Source: Octopus sinensis
Taxonomy: Eukaryota
Assembly: GCF_006345805.1 (NCBI RefSeq)
Contig: NC_043000.1
Coordinates: 91,016,001 to 91,080,000, forward strand
Direction: 5' to 3'
Length of the DNA: 64,000 nucleotides
The translations under genes and the position numbers were made by a program. Below the pieces are notes generated by a model that was not told the DNA's origin, made no database searches, and was given only the letters and a program-made list of their open reading frames with translations. Positions 48,331-63,286 of this stretch are shown here, in pieces. Each line of letters starts with the position of its first letter. The first letter of the stretch is position 1.

Positions 48331-50752
48331 ACCTCCTGTGTTAGGTATTCGACAACCTTAACTATAAAAGCAATCGAAGACATTCGACGTCTATTAAACC
48401 AATGAAATAAGTCTAGTAGCCAATCTTTAAACAAAATATAATTTGGAAGAACGTAAAAACCATAATCGAAATTGTTAATGCAATAATATAAGTTCGATTG
48501 AGATACTTCAAATATACTAAAATATGGAGCACAAACTCCAGGAACATTCTAACATAATGAAACTCTAATAGGAACATCAATAAATATTTGTGCAACATAA
48601 TTGAAATAAGAAAATCTATAAAACGTTGAACTTCTGTTAGTCTCGGTTCGGTATCATGGATAAATGCTTTTAATGGCACAGTAGGAAGACGAAAGAGGAA
48701 TGCCCACTACGTTTGGGATGACCACCTGGACAGGCTGGGACTCGAGAGATGAATCTACAAAATGTGGTTTATCTGGAGATTTTGTCTGAATATTTGTAAT
48801 AGCGCTCATGTGTCTCCGTAAACACATCAACACTTCACAAAGTAATACTATAGCAAAACACAACTGGATTGCAAAACGATCACATCAGCTACATATTCAT
48901 GCTTGAGCCTACAATCTGCTTCTTTTTCACTTAAAATAATCCCGGGACTCTAATAAGTTTAGAAATACTTAGTAATTCTTTATTAAAAGATTCGATTTTG
49001 ATCAGTTCGTCTTTTGTCAATGGAGTTCATCAATATTACAGAAAATTTTCCTTAATTTGTATATTGATTAGTCTTATGGAAATCCTTAAAATGTTAAACA
49101 TTGAAATGAATTATAACCATTTTCCATTAGCAGTATCATTAGGAAAATATCCCATTCTGACTGTGATCACATGAGTTGATGTGCAACGCAAGCTTTCTTT
49201 AAAATAGGTAAAGAGATGTTGTCGACTCATAAGTAGGTTTGAAGACAGTAGTCAGGTTTTTATTTAAAATTTGTCCTGCAAACTCATGACTTACTAATCC
49301 AATGGCTGTAATGGATTATCTATATTGTTCGCCAATGGATTATCGATATTATATGCTTATAATAGCAATTTTACTAGCAATTTTGAATGAAGGAGATGGC
49401 TTCTTCCCACAATTACTTTGAGTTGGAAACACACCAAAGTATTTTACTGTTATTCTAACAATTCTGCCAACATGCCGCTCTATGTTTAAATACACAATTT
49501 CAGGCGGTACGTCAATACGTATACAAGTATAATCTAATGATTCAGAAAATGCATAATAATGCTTTAGTAACTCGAAACACATGTCATTCATAATTCTAAT
49601 TTCATTGTACGCGAACTATCAATAATAAAACATGATAAATCATAGATTATTGTCTTAAAATTATATAAAAGATTTTAAAATCATGCTTAAGCAAAATATG
49701 ACATGATTGTTTTCTTCGATTGGAAATCAAAAAGTATGAAATCAGCTATATCATTCGAAGCATCAATGCAATCTATGCTTGGTACGACAAATAATTCCGC
49801 TCCTGTGGAATTCTAGTATTGCAATGACAGCCACAGTATGGTTAACCCTTTCTTCTTGTCGCCTATTAGCCTATCGCTCATCCATTCACATTGTCATGAA
49901 TAGCTTACCTTTATTGTACTGCTATCAAAAATCTTATACCTATGAATTGTCCGGAAACAAAAAAAAAAAAGAAATTAAATTTAGGAAATCTTTGATGATA
50001 TTTATTCTTAAGTTTAAACAAAAATTTTGCTGATACGTCAGAATATTTCATTGTTTATTTTCATGATATTAGACAAATTTTACGTAAAAAGCAGACTGGC
50101 AACATATGTGTGTGAATATGTTTATACATATTAATACATACATACATACATACATACATACATACATACATACATACATACATACATACATGCATGTATG
50201 CATGCATACATACATACATACACACACACACACATACATACATACATACGTACATACATACATACATACATACATGTATGCATATAGACAGACAGATAAA
50301 TTGATATGTGTGTATGTATAATTTACATATACACAGTTATATATATTTATGCACACATGCATACACACACATACATATGTATGATATCTGTGATATATAT
50401 TAAATTTATTCAATACATACAGTTTAGAGCGTGTTCTTGTTTTGTATAAATTTTTACTCTACAAGTATAACACACACACACACATTCATTTATTTACATG
50501 AATTTCATGTATTCATTTATTTACTTGTATTTCATTATGCGTATGAGTATTTGTATGAGTACAGCCACGGTATGTTGAGGTCATATCAGAATAACACTGT
50601 GAACCAAAATATGTTAAGGTCAGCATATTCTCCCCTGACAAATTCAGTGATTTATCAAAGACATAACATATGAAATGCAGTTTCAATATAAAATGTTCAT
50701 ATCTCTAACAATTACAGAAATACGAACATTCACACATACATACACACACACA

Positions 50753-50819
<67 letters not shown>

Positions 50820-50825
<6 letters not shown>

Positions 50826-50930
50826 CCTATGCACTGACACAGACACACGCACGCACACAGACATGAATATATATGTGTATTTTTATATAAGTCATTAAGT
50901 ATATGTATACGCACACATCTCAGTATATCA

Positions 50931-50963
<33 letters not shown>

Positions 50964-51083
50964 ATATATATATACATATACCTATGCACTGACACAGACA
51001 CACGCACGCACACAGACATGAATATATATGTGTATTTTTATATAAGTCATTAAGTATATGTATACGCACACATCTCAGTATAT

Positions 51084-51095
<12 letters not shown>
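50820..51095. repeat. Tandem duplication, period 155 nt, bounded by (AT)n
   Basis: CATATACCTATGCACTGACAC...CTCAGTATATCAA occurs at 50820 and 50975. Confidence 0.95.
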
Positions 51096-51118
<23 letters not shown>

Positions 51119-51187
51119 TATATACACGTATTCTTTTATTGTCTATGAGTATATGTCTGTCTGTCTATCTACCTATCTATCTACCTA

Positions 51188-51229
<42 letters not shown>

Positions 51230-51776
51230 CATACACATATAAACAGAGCATTATACATTATACATCTCACTTCACAATAAAGTGATTATTTCAAAGTAGA
51301 CTGGGTAAAGCAAAAGATAAATTGTATTACACAAAAATAAAGAAAGTTCATAGTTTCATTCGCAATAAAGAAAACAAGCCATAAGAGAAACAAGCAATAC
51401 AGTGTAATATCAAAAGATTTGTATCAGAAACATTATTCCTCAAATACTTACCATTTCGTAAAATTACCAATAGAATTTTCAAAATTACCGGTAGTAATTC
51501 TGTTCAAAATTCACTTTTGTAATGTCTCTTCTTTCGTAGTAATATAGGAAAATAAATAAATACTTACATAGATATGTGCGTAAATACATAAGTATACATA
51601 CATAAATACATACATACATACTTGCATACATACATGAATATATATATACAAACACATGGATACATATGTATGTATATAAGTTCTAAGAGCATAGATACAT
51701 AAGTTCGTATATAGACATATTTTACGTATGTATATATTTATGTATATATGTATCGATATACACATACCATATATGC

Positions 51777-51874
<98 letters not shown>

Positions 51875-51912
51875 ATATATATATGTATACACACATACAC
51901 CCACCCCACACA

Positions 51913-51977
<65 letters not shown>

Positions 51978-52041
51978 CTCCATACATACGTACATACATA
52001 AATACGTATATACATATATATATAGTATATACATACATACA

Positions 52042-52073
<32 letters not shown>

Positions 52074-52715
52074 CATTTAAATTTGTTTTAAATGTGTTTT
52101 AGTCTTGTTTCTGATCTGATATTGTCTCATCTTTTTATGTTCTCTTGATGCTTGTTTCTGTTTTTTTCTCTCTAACAATTCTCTTATTTTGCCAACATTT
52201 TTATTTAAAAAAGCCTTATTTAAAAAAAAAAATTTGTGAAGACTTTAATATTTTCAAACTCATGAGAATATCTCAATGTTGAAATCCTTGGAACATTCTA
52301 GTAAAAGATCAAAGAAATCTAGTTTATACATAATATAATTGAAATTTACGTTTAGATTATTTCAATTGGATTCTGCGTAAATACACATTGTAAAAATATT
52401 TATTGTATAAGAATTAGCTCCTGTATTTTCACTTTATGACTTGATACTTCTACAGGAAAATAATGCTCCTTGTCCTCCATTCAAAAGGTTTTATGTGAAA
52501 ACAACATTACTAGATCTAGCAATGCTTTCGAAAGTATACAATAAATATACAAGATACAAGCTCACATGTTCACAGGCACATACCCCCACTTACACACGTA
52601 CCAATATATATGTACCTCTCTCTCTCTCTCTCTCTCACATTCTCTCTCTCTCTTTCTCTGTCAATCTATCTATCTCTGTCTCTGTCATTATAAAATGTAT
52701 GTATGTGTGCATGGT

Positions 52716-52716
<1 letters not shown>

Positions 52717-52746
<30 letters not shown>

Positions 52747-52749
52747 CGC

Positions 52750-52822
<73 letters not shown>

Positions 52823-52863
52823 CTATCTATCTATCTATATACCTACCTATCTACCTATCTACA

Positions 52864-52926
<63 letters not shown>

Positions 52927-52927
52927 A

Positions 52928-53017
<90 letters not shown>

Positions 53018-53018
53018 A
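52717..53018. repeat. (ATCT)n microsatellite
   Basis: Long imperfect tetranucleotide array. Confidence 0.95.
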
Positions 53019-53706
53019 GTACGTATCTATGTACAAGCATCCCCACAGACAGGATCATAGAATTATATAAATATATATATTCGTGAAAATCTATGTGTAT
53101 AGACATTCCTATTTATATTTATATTACATCTATACGTAGGGATGTAAAAACATATACATTACATATACATATTAATATTTGCATACGTATATACATACAC
53201 TCACAAGCACACGTGCACACACATACTCACACACTCACGTACATATACATACAATATGTACACACATACATACTTGCGTGTATAGGTGTATATGTGTGTG
53301 TGTGTTCGGTTCCTTTTGCATAGTTTTATATACAAACCGTCGAACATTAATTTGAAGAATTAAACAACACCTTAAAGTGGAGTTTAATCGATTTTATTTT
53401 TACAATTTACAAGTGTTGACAGTTATCTCGAAGCTGTACATATGTACACACACACATATGCAAACACATGTATACATATATACTTATACATATATAGATA
53501 TATACATACACACACGCACACATGCACACACATTTTTGCTGGTAAGAATAATGTTTCTCAAATATATAAAGGAATTAGAAGGGATGCTTTAATCATGATT
53601 ATAGGATCTGTGGGTTCGCGTTACAAGGGTACCTTCGACTTTTGATATTCAAAAGGGCTTTTCAGCTTAATATTTGCATGCTGTTATCTATAGGTTCATA
53701 AATTAG

Positions 53707-53960
53707 TGAGTTGACAGAATCGTTATCCAGTTGCACTAAAATCATAGACACATTTCGCCCTAATTTACGTTCTGAGTTCAAAGTCTGCCGCAGACATCGA
53801 TTGACAACCGATGCTGGTGTATTTACGTCCCCGTAACTTAGCGGTTCGGCAAAAGAGACCGATAGAATAAGTACTAGGCTTACAAAGAATAAGTCCTGGG
53901 GTCGATTTGCTCGAATGCGGTGCTCCAGCATGGCCACAGTCAAATGACTGAAACAAGTAA
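53707..53960 (+). mobile_element. Chimeric SINE: family A head joined to family B tail
   Basis: GAGTTGACAGAATCGTTA...GTTCTGAGTTCAAAGTC then TTGACAACCGATGCTGGTG...GAAACAAGTAA. Confidence 0.8.
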
Positions 53961-53982
53961 TATATATATATATATATATATA

Positions 53983-54820
53983 CTAGCAGCATAGCCCGGC
54001 GTTGCCCGGGTATGTAAGAGCCCCTAGTAGGCAACGACTAATCCCAATCTAGTCCTTTCTCTCTAGGGAACGAAGGCGCATGTGTAGGCTGCAATGTCTT
54101 CTCTTCACTCGAATACTTCTGTGTATACGATGTTCCTAGCTGTCTCTTTGGGCGAAAACATGAAAACATCATTGCGCTTCCCAAGAGAGTTAAAAAGGTC
54201 GAGTTGCGTCCCCTAGACAGTCTGTGGTTTGTGTTTAATACACAAATCGGTTTGCTATGTGTGCCACATATAATTTAATTAACCGATTTTTTCCAGTAAT
54301 AAAGTATCCTATTGGAATAAAAAGGGCCATATAGCTCCTTGGAGCAGACATGATGCTCGCTGTGAATTAAAAAAAAAATTCCTGCCAATTTTTGAAAGAT
54401 ATTGTCGAAAATATGTCATCTTGAATTTGAACGCGATTTCCCAAAATGGCATGATTTTATCGATTCTTTCTAATGGTAAGTTATTGCATGGAAAACTAAC
54501 GTCAGAATTAAGTTTCTTAGGGTAACATTAAGCTTCACCATGAGTTTGGTGAAAATCGATTGCAAGTTGCGAAAACTACAACAGAAAATGTGTTGCATAT
54601 AAAAGCTTAGAATCTCGACCCCATGTCGAATTTATCGATTATTTTCAGAACTGGGGAAACTTTTTAAAATTTTCGCTGCGTTAGTTTTGAATTATGATAT
54701 TGGGCTATGTGTGTGTCAAGTTTCATCAGAATCGGTTGAAAGCCGTAGTCAGGGTGAGGGTACAACCTGACAGACACACAGATACACAGACAGACAAACT
54801 GCTGTTTATATAGAGAAAGA
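53983..54820 (-). mobile_element. Non-autonomous Helitron (838 bp) inserted in (AT)n
   Basis: Minus strand starts TCTTTCTCTATATAAA and ends CCCGG-GCAACG-CCGGG-CTATGCTG-CTAG followed by T. Confidence 0.9.
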
Positions 54821-54869
54821 CATATATATATATATATATTATATATATATATATATCTATATATATATA

Positions 54870-55090
54870 TGCTGACAGAAACGTTAGCACGCCGGGCGAA
54901 ATGTGTAGCCGTATTTCGTCTGCTGTTACATTCTGAGTTCAAATTCCGCTGAGGCCGACTTTGCCTTTCATCCTTTCGGGGTCGATAAATAAAGTACCAG
55001 TTACGCACTGGGGTCGATGTAATCGACTTAATCCGTTTGTCTGTCTTTGTTTGTCCCCTCAATAATTAGCCCCTTGTGGGTAGTAAAGAA

Positions 55091-55092
<2 letters not shown>
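54870..55092 (+). mobile_element. SINE family A with LINE-like tail
   Basis: CTGACAGAAACGTTAGCACGCCGGGCG...TTAGCCCCTTGTGGGTAGTAAAGAAATA. Confidence 0.93.
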
Positions 55093-55143
<51 letters not shown>

Positions 55144-55241
55144 TAAATATATCTATCACTTAGTCATTGCGATACTATCAGCCTGGTGTTAGAACTCGTT
55201 ATAACCTTCAGTACGAAATATCAATCGAGTACATAGGATTA

Positions 55242-55403
55242 TAAGAAACTGGGATGACAAAGGAAATAGTCAATTATGTTATAAACTTCATTAGTTTACG
55301 GCTGTTTCTGCTATAAGGTGCAATGAGCTCATAGCAGAAACAACTGTAAATTAAAGATGTTCATGACGTACTCGATTATTTCCTTTGTCATCCCAATTTC
55401 TTA
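55242..55403. repeat. Foldback: 73 bp arms, 16 nt loop
   Basis: Arms 55242-55314 and 55331-55403 match ungapped with 12 mismatches. Confidence 0.9.
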
Positions 55404-55404
55404 C

Positions 55405-55446
<42 letters not shown>

Positions 55447-55665
55447 TATATATATATATACTTAACCCTTAGTCAAGTTTAGTTGTCGACTATACGACTC
55501 TAATTTTCCTATATATATATATAGTAATCTCAAGATTAATCAGCCGAAATTACTACGATGATCCGGTTCTTGACTGAAGACTGAGGGGTTCGAATGTCCT
55601 GTCCATGTTTATTGTGTCGTCTTCTAAGAGTTATACGTTCTTGTCCATGTATTTTTCTACATACC

Positions 55666-55722
<57 letters not shown>

Positions 55723-56894
55723 CTTCTAATTTCTCCGAAATGCTAGTTTTTGGACTACATAGACCCAATTACTGATACTTTTTATTCTGGAAAATTTGTG
55801 AATCTCTGTATCTTTGAGCTTAAACAAAAGAAACTCGTGATGTGTGCCATAGAGTTAAAGAAAGATTTTTGCAAGATGAGTCATTCGATTAATATGTATT
55901 ACTGATTACAGTTAGTTACTATCATTATATTGCTGTTAATGTCATATTAGGACAGTATGAAGGAAATAACATCTTATTTTCTTTCGCCTTTCAATAGAAA
56001 TCTTTCTAGTTATTTTTCATACAAAAGTAATATTTTCAACATTTCTTTGCTATGATTTATGTGAATAATATTTCATCTCATTAGGTTTCGGAAAAATAAA
56101 ACAACATATAGAGAAAAGAAAAAGAACTAGTGAAAACCCTCATGCTAAACGTCATAGAAAAATTAACATGAATTTCTGTTAAGCCATTCGTGTAATCTGG
56201 AATCATCCAAATTATTATTTAATCATTAATAGCATTTCTGTTGATTCTGATTTGATGAAGGGAACACAAGTTTTGTGGCAATTATTTAGGAATAACAAAT
56301 GGTTTGTTAAAAACATGAATTATATTAAAAGACGAATTTAAGTATCTATTTGTCAGTGCTCTAGTGAAGAAGAGGAAAGTAGTTTGCAGTGAAATTTATT
56401 TGCTCATATAATGGGTGTTTATTCTATTTCAAAGATAGGCAAAATATGGGATTTAGAAAAAATATATATCTAATTCATAATAGCACAGTATAATTGATAT
56501 ATAATTGATTTAAAATTAAAGGAAATATAAAAATGGAAAACAAAGCATTGTAACGTTGATTAGTTTGTTTTTCTGATGATAAAATCAATTACTTAATTTA
56601 TCAAATTTGGATTGGAAGTATTCACAAATGGGCGATCAACTGCATTGAATGCATAACTCGGATCAACGTGTTCTAGTTATATTTTACACTGTGAATGGTC
56701 AATACACCATTGAACCACCCCGTATCTATATTTGCAACCAGATGAAATGAACTTGGGGATTAAGTGTCTTATTTATTAGACATAACACGTATTGCTGGCC
56801 ACAGCATATGAACTACAGATTCTGTTACGAGACATTTCTGACGCCCCATTTCACTAAAAATATATTTTAGCAAAATACCAACAACAACAATAAC

Positions 56895-56995
56895 GGTTTC
56901 AAATTTTGCCACAAGGATAGCAAATTTTTGGTAGTTCAACTGGTAGTCATTTTATCGACCCCGAAAAGGTGAAAGGCAATGTCAACCTCGGCGAA
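56895..56995 (-). mobile_element. SINE family A 3' fragment
   Basis: TTTATCGACCCCGAAAAGGTGAAAGGCAATGTCAACCTCGGCG. Confidence 0.75.
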
Positions 56996-57069
56996 TGATA
57001 ATAATAATATTGATAATAATAATAATCATTTTTTTTTTGCTATTACTGTGCGGTATTATTACATGTTGT

Positions 57070-57463
57070 TTAGTTTCGACTTTTGGAGCAAAGATGGAAT
57101 CCCAAGTCAGTTACAATACCAATAATTGTAGGAGCACTTGGTATGATCGAAAAAGGAACTGAAAATTATTTAAGAACGATCCTTGTCTTACGAACGATCC
57201 CTGTCCAAGTAGTGCAAAAGATTGTCTTAACTGGTACGTTAAGCATTGTTGCTGTAAATTCTCTTTCCTTTTTTTGGCCTTTATTTTCTTTGCTTACTTT
57301 TATATTTTTTACTTTTTACTTTTTCTCTCTTTCTTCCCCCTTCTGGTGTGTATATCTTAATAGCTTGCAAATGTATGCAGTGCGTTACTGTGCCCTAGGT
57401 GTCAGGAAGACACCCGGCAAGAAAAAGAAACAGAATTGAAAGAAAATGTTGATGAAAGTAATG

Positions 57464-57470
<7 letters not shown>
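57070..57470 (+). mobile_element. R4/Dong-type LINE 3' end (RLE C-terminus plus 3' UTR) abutting (TAA)n
   Basis: WNPKSVTIPIIVGALGMIEKGTENYLRTI..VQKIVLTGT; T-rich UTR; terminal hairpin; followed by (TAA)n. Confidence 0.85.
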
Positions 57471-57513
<43 letters not shown>

Positions 57514-57949
57514 CGGAACCCATAAGAAAACCAACCAAAAGAGAAAGAACGGCGGACGGATAATCATAAATAGTATAAAATAGTTGACTTATGAGTCACA
57601 CACACACGTACTATGCAACACACCGCCAAAAATATACAAGAATAAACTCATGCTGAAAATACCCAACAAAATGAACAAAACCCGCAACATCTGCCATAGA
57701 AGGCCGATACCCGACAGAAGAACACAACCTGCGCTGCACAAACAACACACAATATAAAAACTAATACAACAGAAGACTCAAACAAAACCCCATAACAAAA
57801 CGTACTGGTACAATACAATATCACTCCCCTCCCCCCCCCCAAAAAAAAAGAAAATGCAGCACACACCGCCCCACCAGCACAGAGATGCAACAAATAATGC
57901 AATATAAAGCTGCTTGAAACTTTCAGACGTCGAAAAATAATAGTGGTGA

Positions 57950-58490
57950 TAGCGATGGCAATGAACGTTACCTTACCTCAGTTTATGAGAGACAGGAGTT
58001 TCCGAAGAAACTCTGAGTGTAACATCGAAAAGAAAGCGGGACCTTTAAGTGAAGGTCTCTCGCTGGTCCAGTACAGACTCAGACTTACCACAGCTGTTTT
58101 CTTAATAAAGCACCAGCAGATAATAAAGCAAGGAGGAGGAAGTGGACCGACGGAGAAGACAGGATAGTGATGCAAGTGAACCTAAAAGAAGGGGCTATAG
58201 AAAACGAATGTTAACACTTTGGGTAGAGAAGTGGATGTTGAAAGGGGATGAAGAAGGGGATTGTTGGTTCCTTGGGAACGGTATCTGAAGGCATCAAGAG
58301 GAATATAAAAGAAATTGGAATAGAGTGCCCAGTAGAACTGTTACAAAATGTTTGCCTCCTTGGCACGGCCAGAATAATCTGGAAAGTATCAAATAGTTGA
58401 AAAGAACAGATAGCATGGTACCGTAGGCTTCAGGCATCAAGCCCGCTACGCATGCAAGACTACAAGAGTTATAGCAAAAGCTGAGATAAA
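57950..58490 (+). mobile_element. Internally deleted R4/Dong-type element (N-terminus fused to C-terminus)
   Basis: RRRKWTDGEDRIVM / ASEPKRRGYRKRMLTLWVEK at 58131-58245, then IVGSLGTVSEGIKRNIKEIGIECPVELLQNVCLLGTARIIWKVSNS* at 58260-58400; followed by (TAA)n. Confidence 0.78.
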
Positions 58491-58539
58491 ATTAATAATA
58501 ATAATAATAATAATAATGATGATGATGATGATGATGATT

Positions 58540-58651
<112 letters not shown>

Positions 58652-58764
58652 GGCTCATGTATCGTGTTAACTGGAACGGCTCATGTACTGAGAAAAGCAT
58701 TATCGCTGTGAAAACAACATCCTTTCATGAATTTATTTATTTATTCATTTTTTAAATAGATATT

Positions 58765-58885
58765 TTACCTGTGAACTTGCGTGTGCAATCTGGGAATGGA
58801 TACAATGAGCTTCGCTGCCCTAGGTGTACGGAAAACACCCGGCAAGAAACGGAAGAAAATTTGAAGAAAGAAAAAAAAAATAATA
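58765..58885 (+). mobile_element. Dong-type 3' UTR-only insertion abutting (TAA)n
   Basis: GCCCTAGGTGTACGGAAAACACCCGGCAAGAAA matches the 57392 tail. Confidence 0.75.
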
Positions 58886-59109
58886 ATGATAATAATAGAT
58901 ATTGTTTTCCCCTAATTGCTTAATTATTTCCATTAAGAACTTTAAATTAACTATTTTATGTAGGACTCTGTCATTCAATGTCTCCTTATTTATCATTTCT
59001 TTCGGGGGGTAAGGGGAACACGATTTGAATTAAATTTCGCTGCTAGTTCGGTAATCGAGCAACCACGTTGGATTATGAGTATTTCGTGTTGGTCGGTGTT
59101 GTACGAGTG

Positions 59110-59660
<551 letters not shown>

Positions 59661-60444
59661 CAGTTATAATTATGTCTTTGTGATCATGAAAGAAACTACT
59701 TCCCAGCCAATTACAGATTTATTAAGAAAAAAAATTATCGATTGTTTTTGTTTAACGATTCTCTTCTGCGTTCTACTGATTCTATTGTCTTCCACTAATG
59801 ATGCAGAGGTTGCATCTTCCTGCATCTTGAGTCATTCTTAAAAGTTCTAAACCGTTTTGTACGAGAGAAATTTATACAAGTACTTGACAGAATATTATCC
59901 TTGTTAAAAGCATAATTATTTTTATTTGGAATAAAGAAGCTGGATTGTATATAGGAATTCTTTTCCTTCATTTTTTTTCTGTCTGTGTTACCAACTGTTG
60001 CTTGTTTCTATTCGTCTCCTCTTTCTGTGGTACGTTAGATTATGAATTTCTTCATTTGAATAAAGGAATATCATGGGAAATAAGGGTAAATCCTTACTAT
60101 TACACTTGTTTCACTTTGGAGGCAAAATATTGCCTTCAGAACTAGAGATTTCAGACGAGTATGAACCTCAGATTCGTTCAAACCACACACACAAACAGAC
60201 AGACAGACACACACACACACGCGCGCGCGCGCACACACACACACACAAAAACCGTAGAAAAATCACAGTTTCTCTTTCAAAATGAGACGGTTCAATTTTG
60301 ACAATTGCATCCTTCTCATATTTAAGGTGAACATTTCTCTTAAAATACGAACAATATCCGTAGGCTTTAATGATCTGGTTCATTCAAAATAGATTTAAAA
60401 GCCACAAACCGTATTTATCTTTAAAGTGAGACAGGAGACACATC

Positions 60445-60545
60445 TTTTAACTTTTTACTTGTTTCAGTCATTGGATTGCGACCAGGCTGAGACACTGTTT
60501 TCAAGAGTTTAGTTGAGCAGATCAACCCCAAAGCGTATCTTTAAG
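60445..60545 (-). mobile_element. SINE family B tail fragment
   Basis: TTTTACTTGTTTCAGTCATT...GATCAACCCCA. Confidence 0.7.
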
Positions 60546-60760
60546 GTTGGAGTTATTCTAGCAGTTTCTTTTGCAAAACATTATATTATGTGGAGGTAAA
60601 CAGTGTTGTCGGGTAGTGGTGGAGGACAAATACAATACTGGTACAAAGACAAGATGGGTCGAAACGATCGTTGTGAGCACCAAAATTTCTCGTATATTCC
60701 AATTTCGATCTCTGTCATTTGCTACCTACATATACATATACGTACATACATATATATCCT

Positions 60761-60817
<57 letters not shown>

Positions 60818-60859
60818 CTTTGTATATATATACTCACACACATATATATGCATGTACAC

Positions 60860-60890
<31 letters not shown>

Positions 60891-60921
60891 ATATATATAT
60901 ATATATTATATATATATATAT

Positions 60922-60952
<31 letters not shown>

Positions 60953-61587
60953 CGCACAATATGTACATGAAATCTCATTTTCTCTATATAATGTCTCCTT
61001 ATGTGTACACTTTTAGACATTCAAATAACTATATACATGAACAAATGTAAGATTCTTTGTAATATAGAAGTGGGTGCTGAAACGTTCCTGGTTTTAAGGG
61101 TATCGCGAAAAGCCTGATTGGCGGCCCAACATTCCGAGTTCTTTTACAGAGCTTAGAAAAACTGACGGACCTCTGCAATAACTGTGTGAATCTGAGAGGG
61201 GAAAATGTTGAATAAAATCATAATTAACAGATCCTCCTCTATTTTCTTTTACTCAAAGCCAGGAACATTTCGGTATCCCCTCGTATGTACACATACATAT
61301 ACAGACACTAACACACACACACTCACACATGCGCGCACACACAGGCTCACATACACACACTCACACACACACTCATACATAATTCTATCACATTATCTTA
61401 ACCTGCATATTCTCAGAACTCATTATCCCATAACTCTTTTGCTAACAGAATCCTTCTCAATAATTTTAATCTATCTATATGGCTACCATCAGTCTAGCCA
61501 TCTATCTAATCTATATACCAGTCTGTCTGCCTGTCTGCCAGTGCGTCTATTTGTCTCTGTGTGTGTCAGCCTGCATTTCTGGCTGTG

Positions 61588-61657
<70 letters not shown>

Positions 61658-61662
61658 ACTTT

Positions 61663-61745
<83 letters not shown>
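61588..61745. repeat. (ATCT)n microsatellite
   Basis: Visible tandem tetranucleotide. Confidence 0.95.
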
Positions 61746-62223
61746 CATAAGCACCTAAACGGTTGAAATGGATAACACAAACAAATTAGAACAAAACAAT
61801 ACAAAACAATTTAAAGCCAAACGAATAAAATGGTACCCTTCCATCAACCGCCAAAAAATAAATAAATAAATAAAAATAGCGAGAGAAGAAAACAAAAGAA
61901 GAAAATCGTAAAGAAAACAAAAAGAAACTACAAATCTAAAGAATATAGACAAGCCAAACGAAACTTCAAACGAAGACAAAGATATTTCAAGTCTGAGTGA
62001 GAGTTTTTGGAACTTGATGATGTATTTTCTTCTTTGTGATTGCATTAGTTATGTGTGCGTAGAGCAGGGAAGGACGAAAAGGAAGATTGCAATACTATGC
62101 AACGCAATGCACTATAGCTAGGCCTGTTTGTGACAGCAATTGTTCTTGGTGTAAATACAGAGTATTATTCACCCACCTTCTCTAAAAACACAATGTAATG
62201 AGAAACAACGACTAGAACTATAC

Positions 62224-62324
<101 letters not shown>

Positions 62325-62385
62325 TAAATAGATAGATAAACAGATAGATAGATAAATAGGTAGCTAGGCAGATAGATAGATATAC

Positions 62386-62430
<45 letters not shown>

Positions 62431-62536
62431 ATATGAATATAAATTTTATATATGTATTATATATATTTACATACACACATATATATATATATATGCATAC
62501 AGAGATACATATACATATACGTATATATATACATAC

Positions 62537-62615
<79 letters not shown>

Positions 62616-63255
62616 CATATATTTATATATATATATATATAATTATATATATATATAACAACAAATATTGGCCAAAATGCTGTTGTTGTTGTTGCTGTAG
62701 TTACTACCGGTTGTGGGGGTATGTGATTAAGGGAGGGTGTGGAATCTTTGGGAAAGTACGAAAATAAAAAGTAGAACTATAATAAAAATAATTTCAAAAA
62801 AATAAATAAAATTATGTCGTTGTTTCGTTGTTATAGACATATAAGTCGATGAAAACATAATACTTTTTGCATCGCAAAAATAAATTTTAGTAAATATTTA
62901 GGTATCAGATTCTCTATCTTCCATTGGCTTTTTGACAGGCCAATGAATGTCAATAAACACTTCTTTTCATCAAAATACTGCACTCACATTCAATTTGTGT
63001 TGTTTTCCTATCTCTTTCTCTCCCCACCGCCATCTTCCTTACGCGCTTTCTATTTCATTTTCAGTATTTTTCTTTCGTTGTCTCAGTCATTCACCCTCTC
63101 TCTCACCCTCTCCCTCACCCTCTCTTCCTCACTCTCTGTGTGTTCGTAAGTATAGATGTACCTATCTATCTTTTTATCTATATGTAGATAGATAGATTCA
63201 CACACACTTATATATACCTTTTTTATATATACACATATACACATGCATATATATG

Positions 63256-63286
<31 letters not shown>

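Noticed and set aside
48670-48750. Peptide NGTVGRRKRNAHYVWDDHLDRLGL, faintly like an RTE C-terminus
   Set aside because: Similarity too weak and no supporting upstream motifs.
49534-49590. CTAATGA...GAAA-CACATG-TC hammerhead-like string
   Set aside because: G5 is lost and the base of stem II does not pair.
49909-49939. Candidate 31 nt minus-strand micro-exon (T-rich acceptor, AAG/GTAAGC donor, YKIFDSSTIK)
   Set aside because: Too short to assign; cannot be supported without transcripts.
54720-54729. CTGATGAAAC on the minus strand
   Set aside because: Part of the Helitron CCGATTCTGATGAAAC motif; no hammerhead stems.
60648-60672. GAC-AAGATGG-GTC-GAAA-CGATCG-TT (stem II plus palindromic helix III)
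   Set aside because: No CUGANGA core or stem I upstream; at best a half relic.
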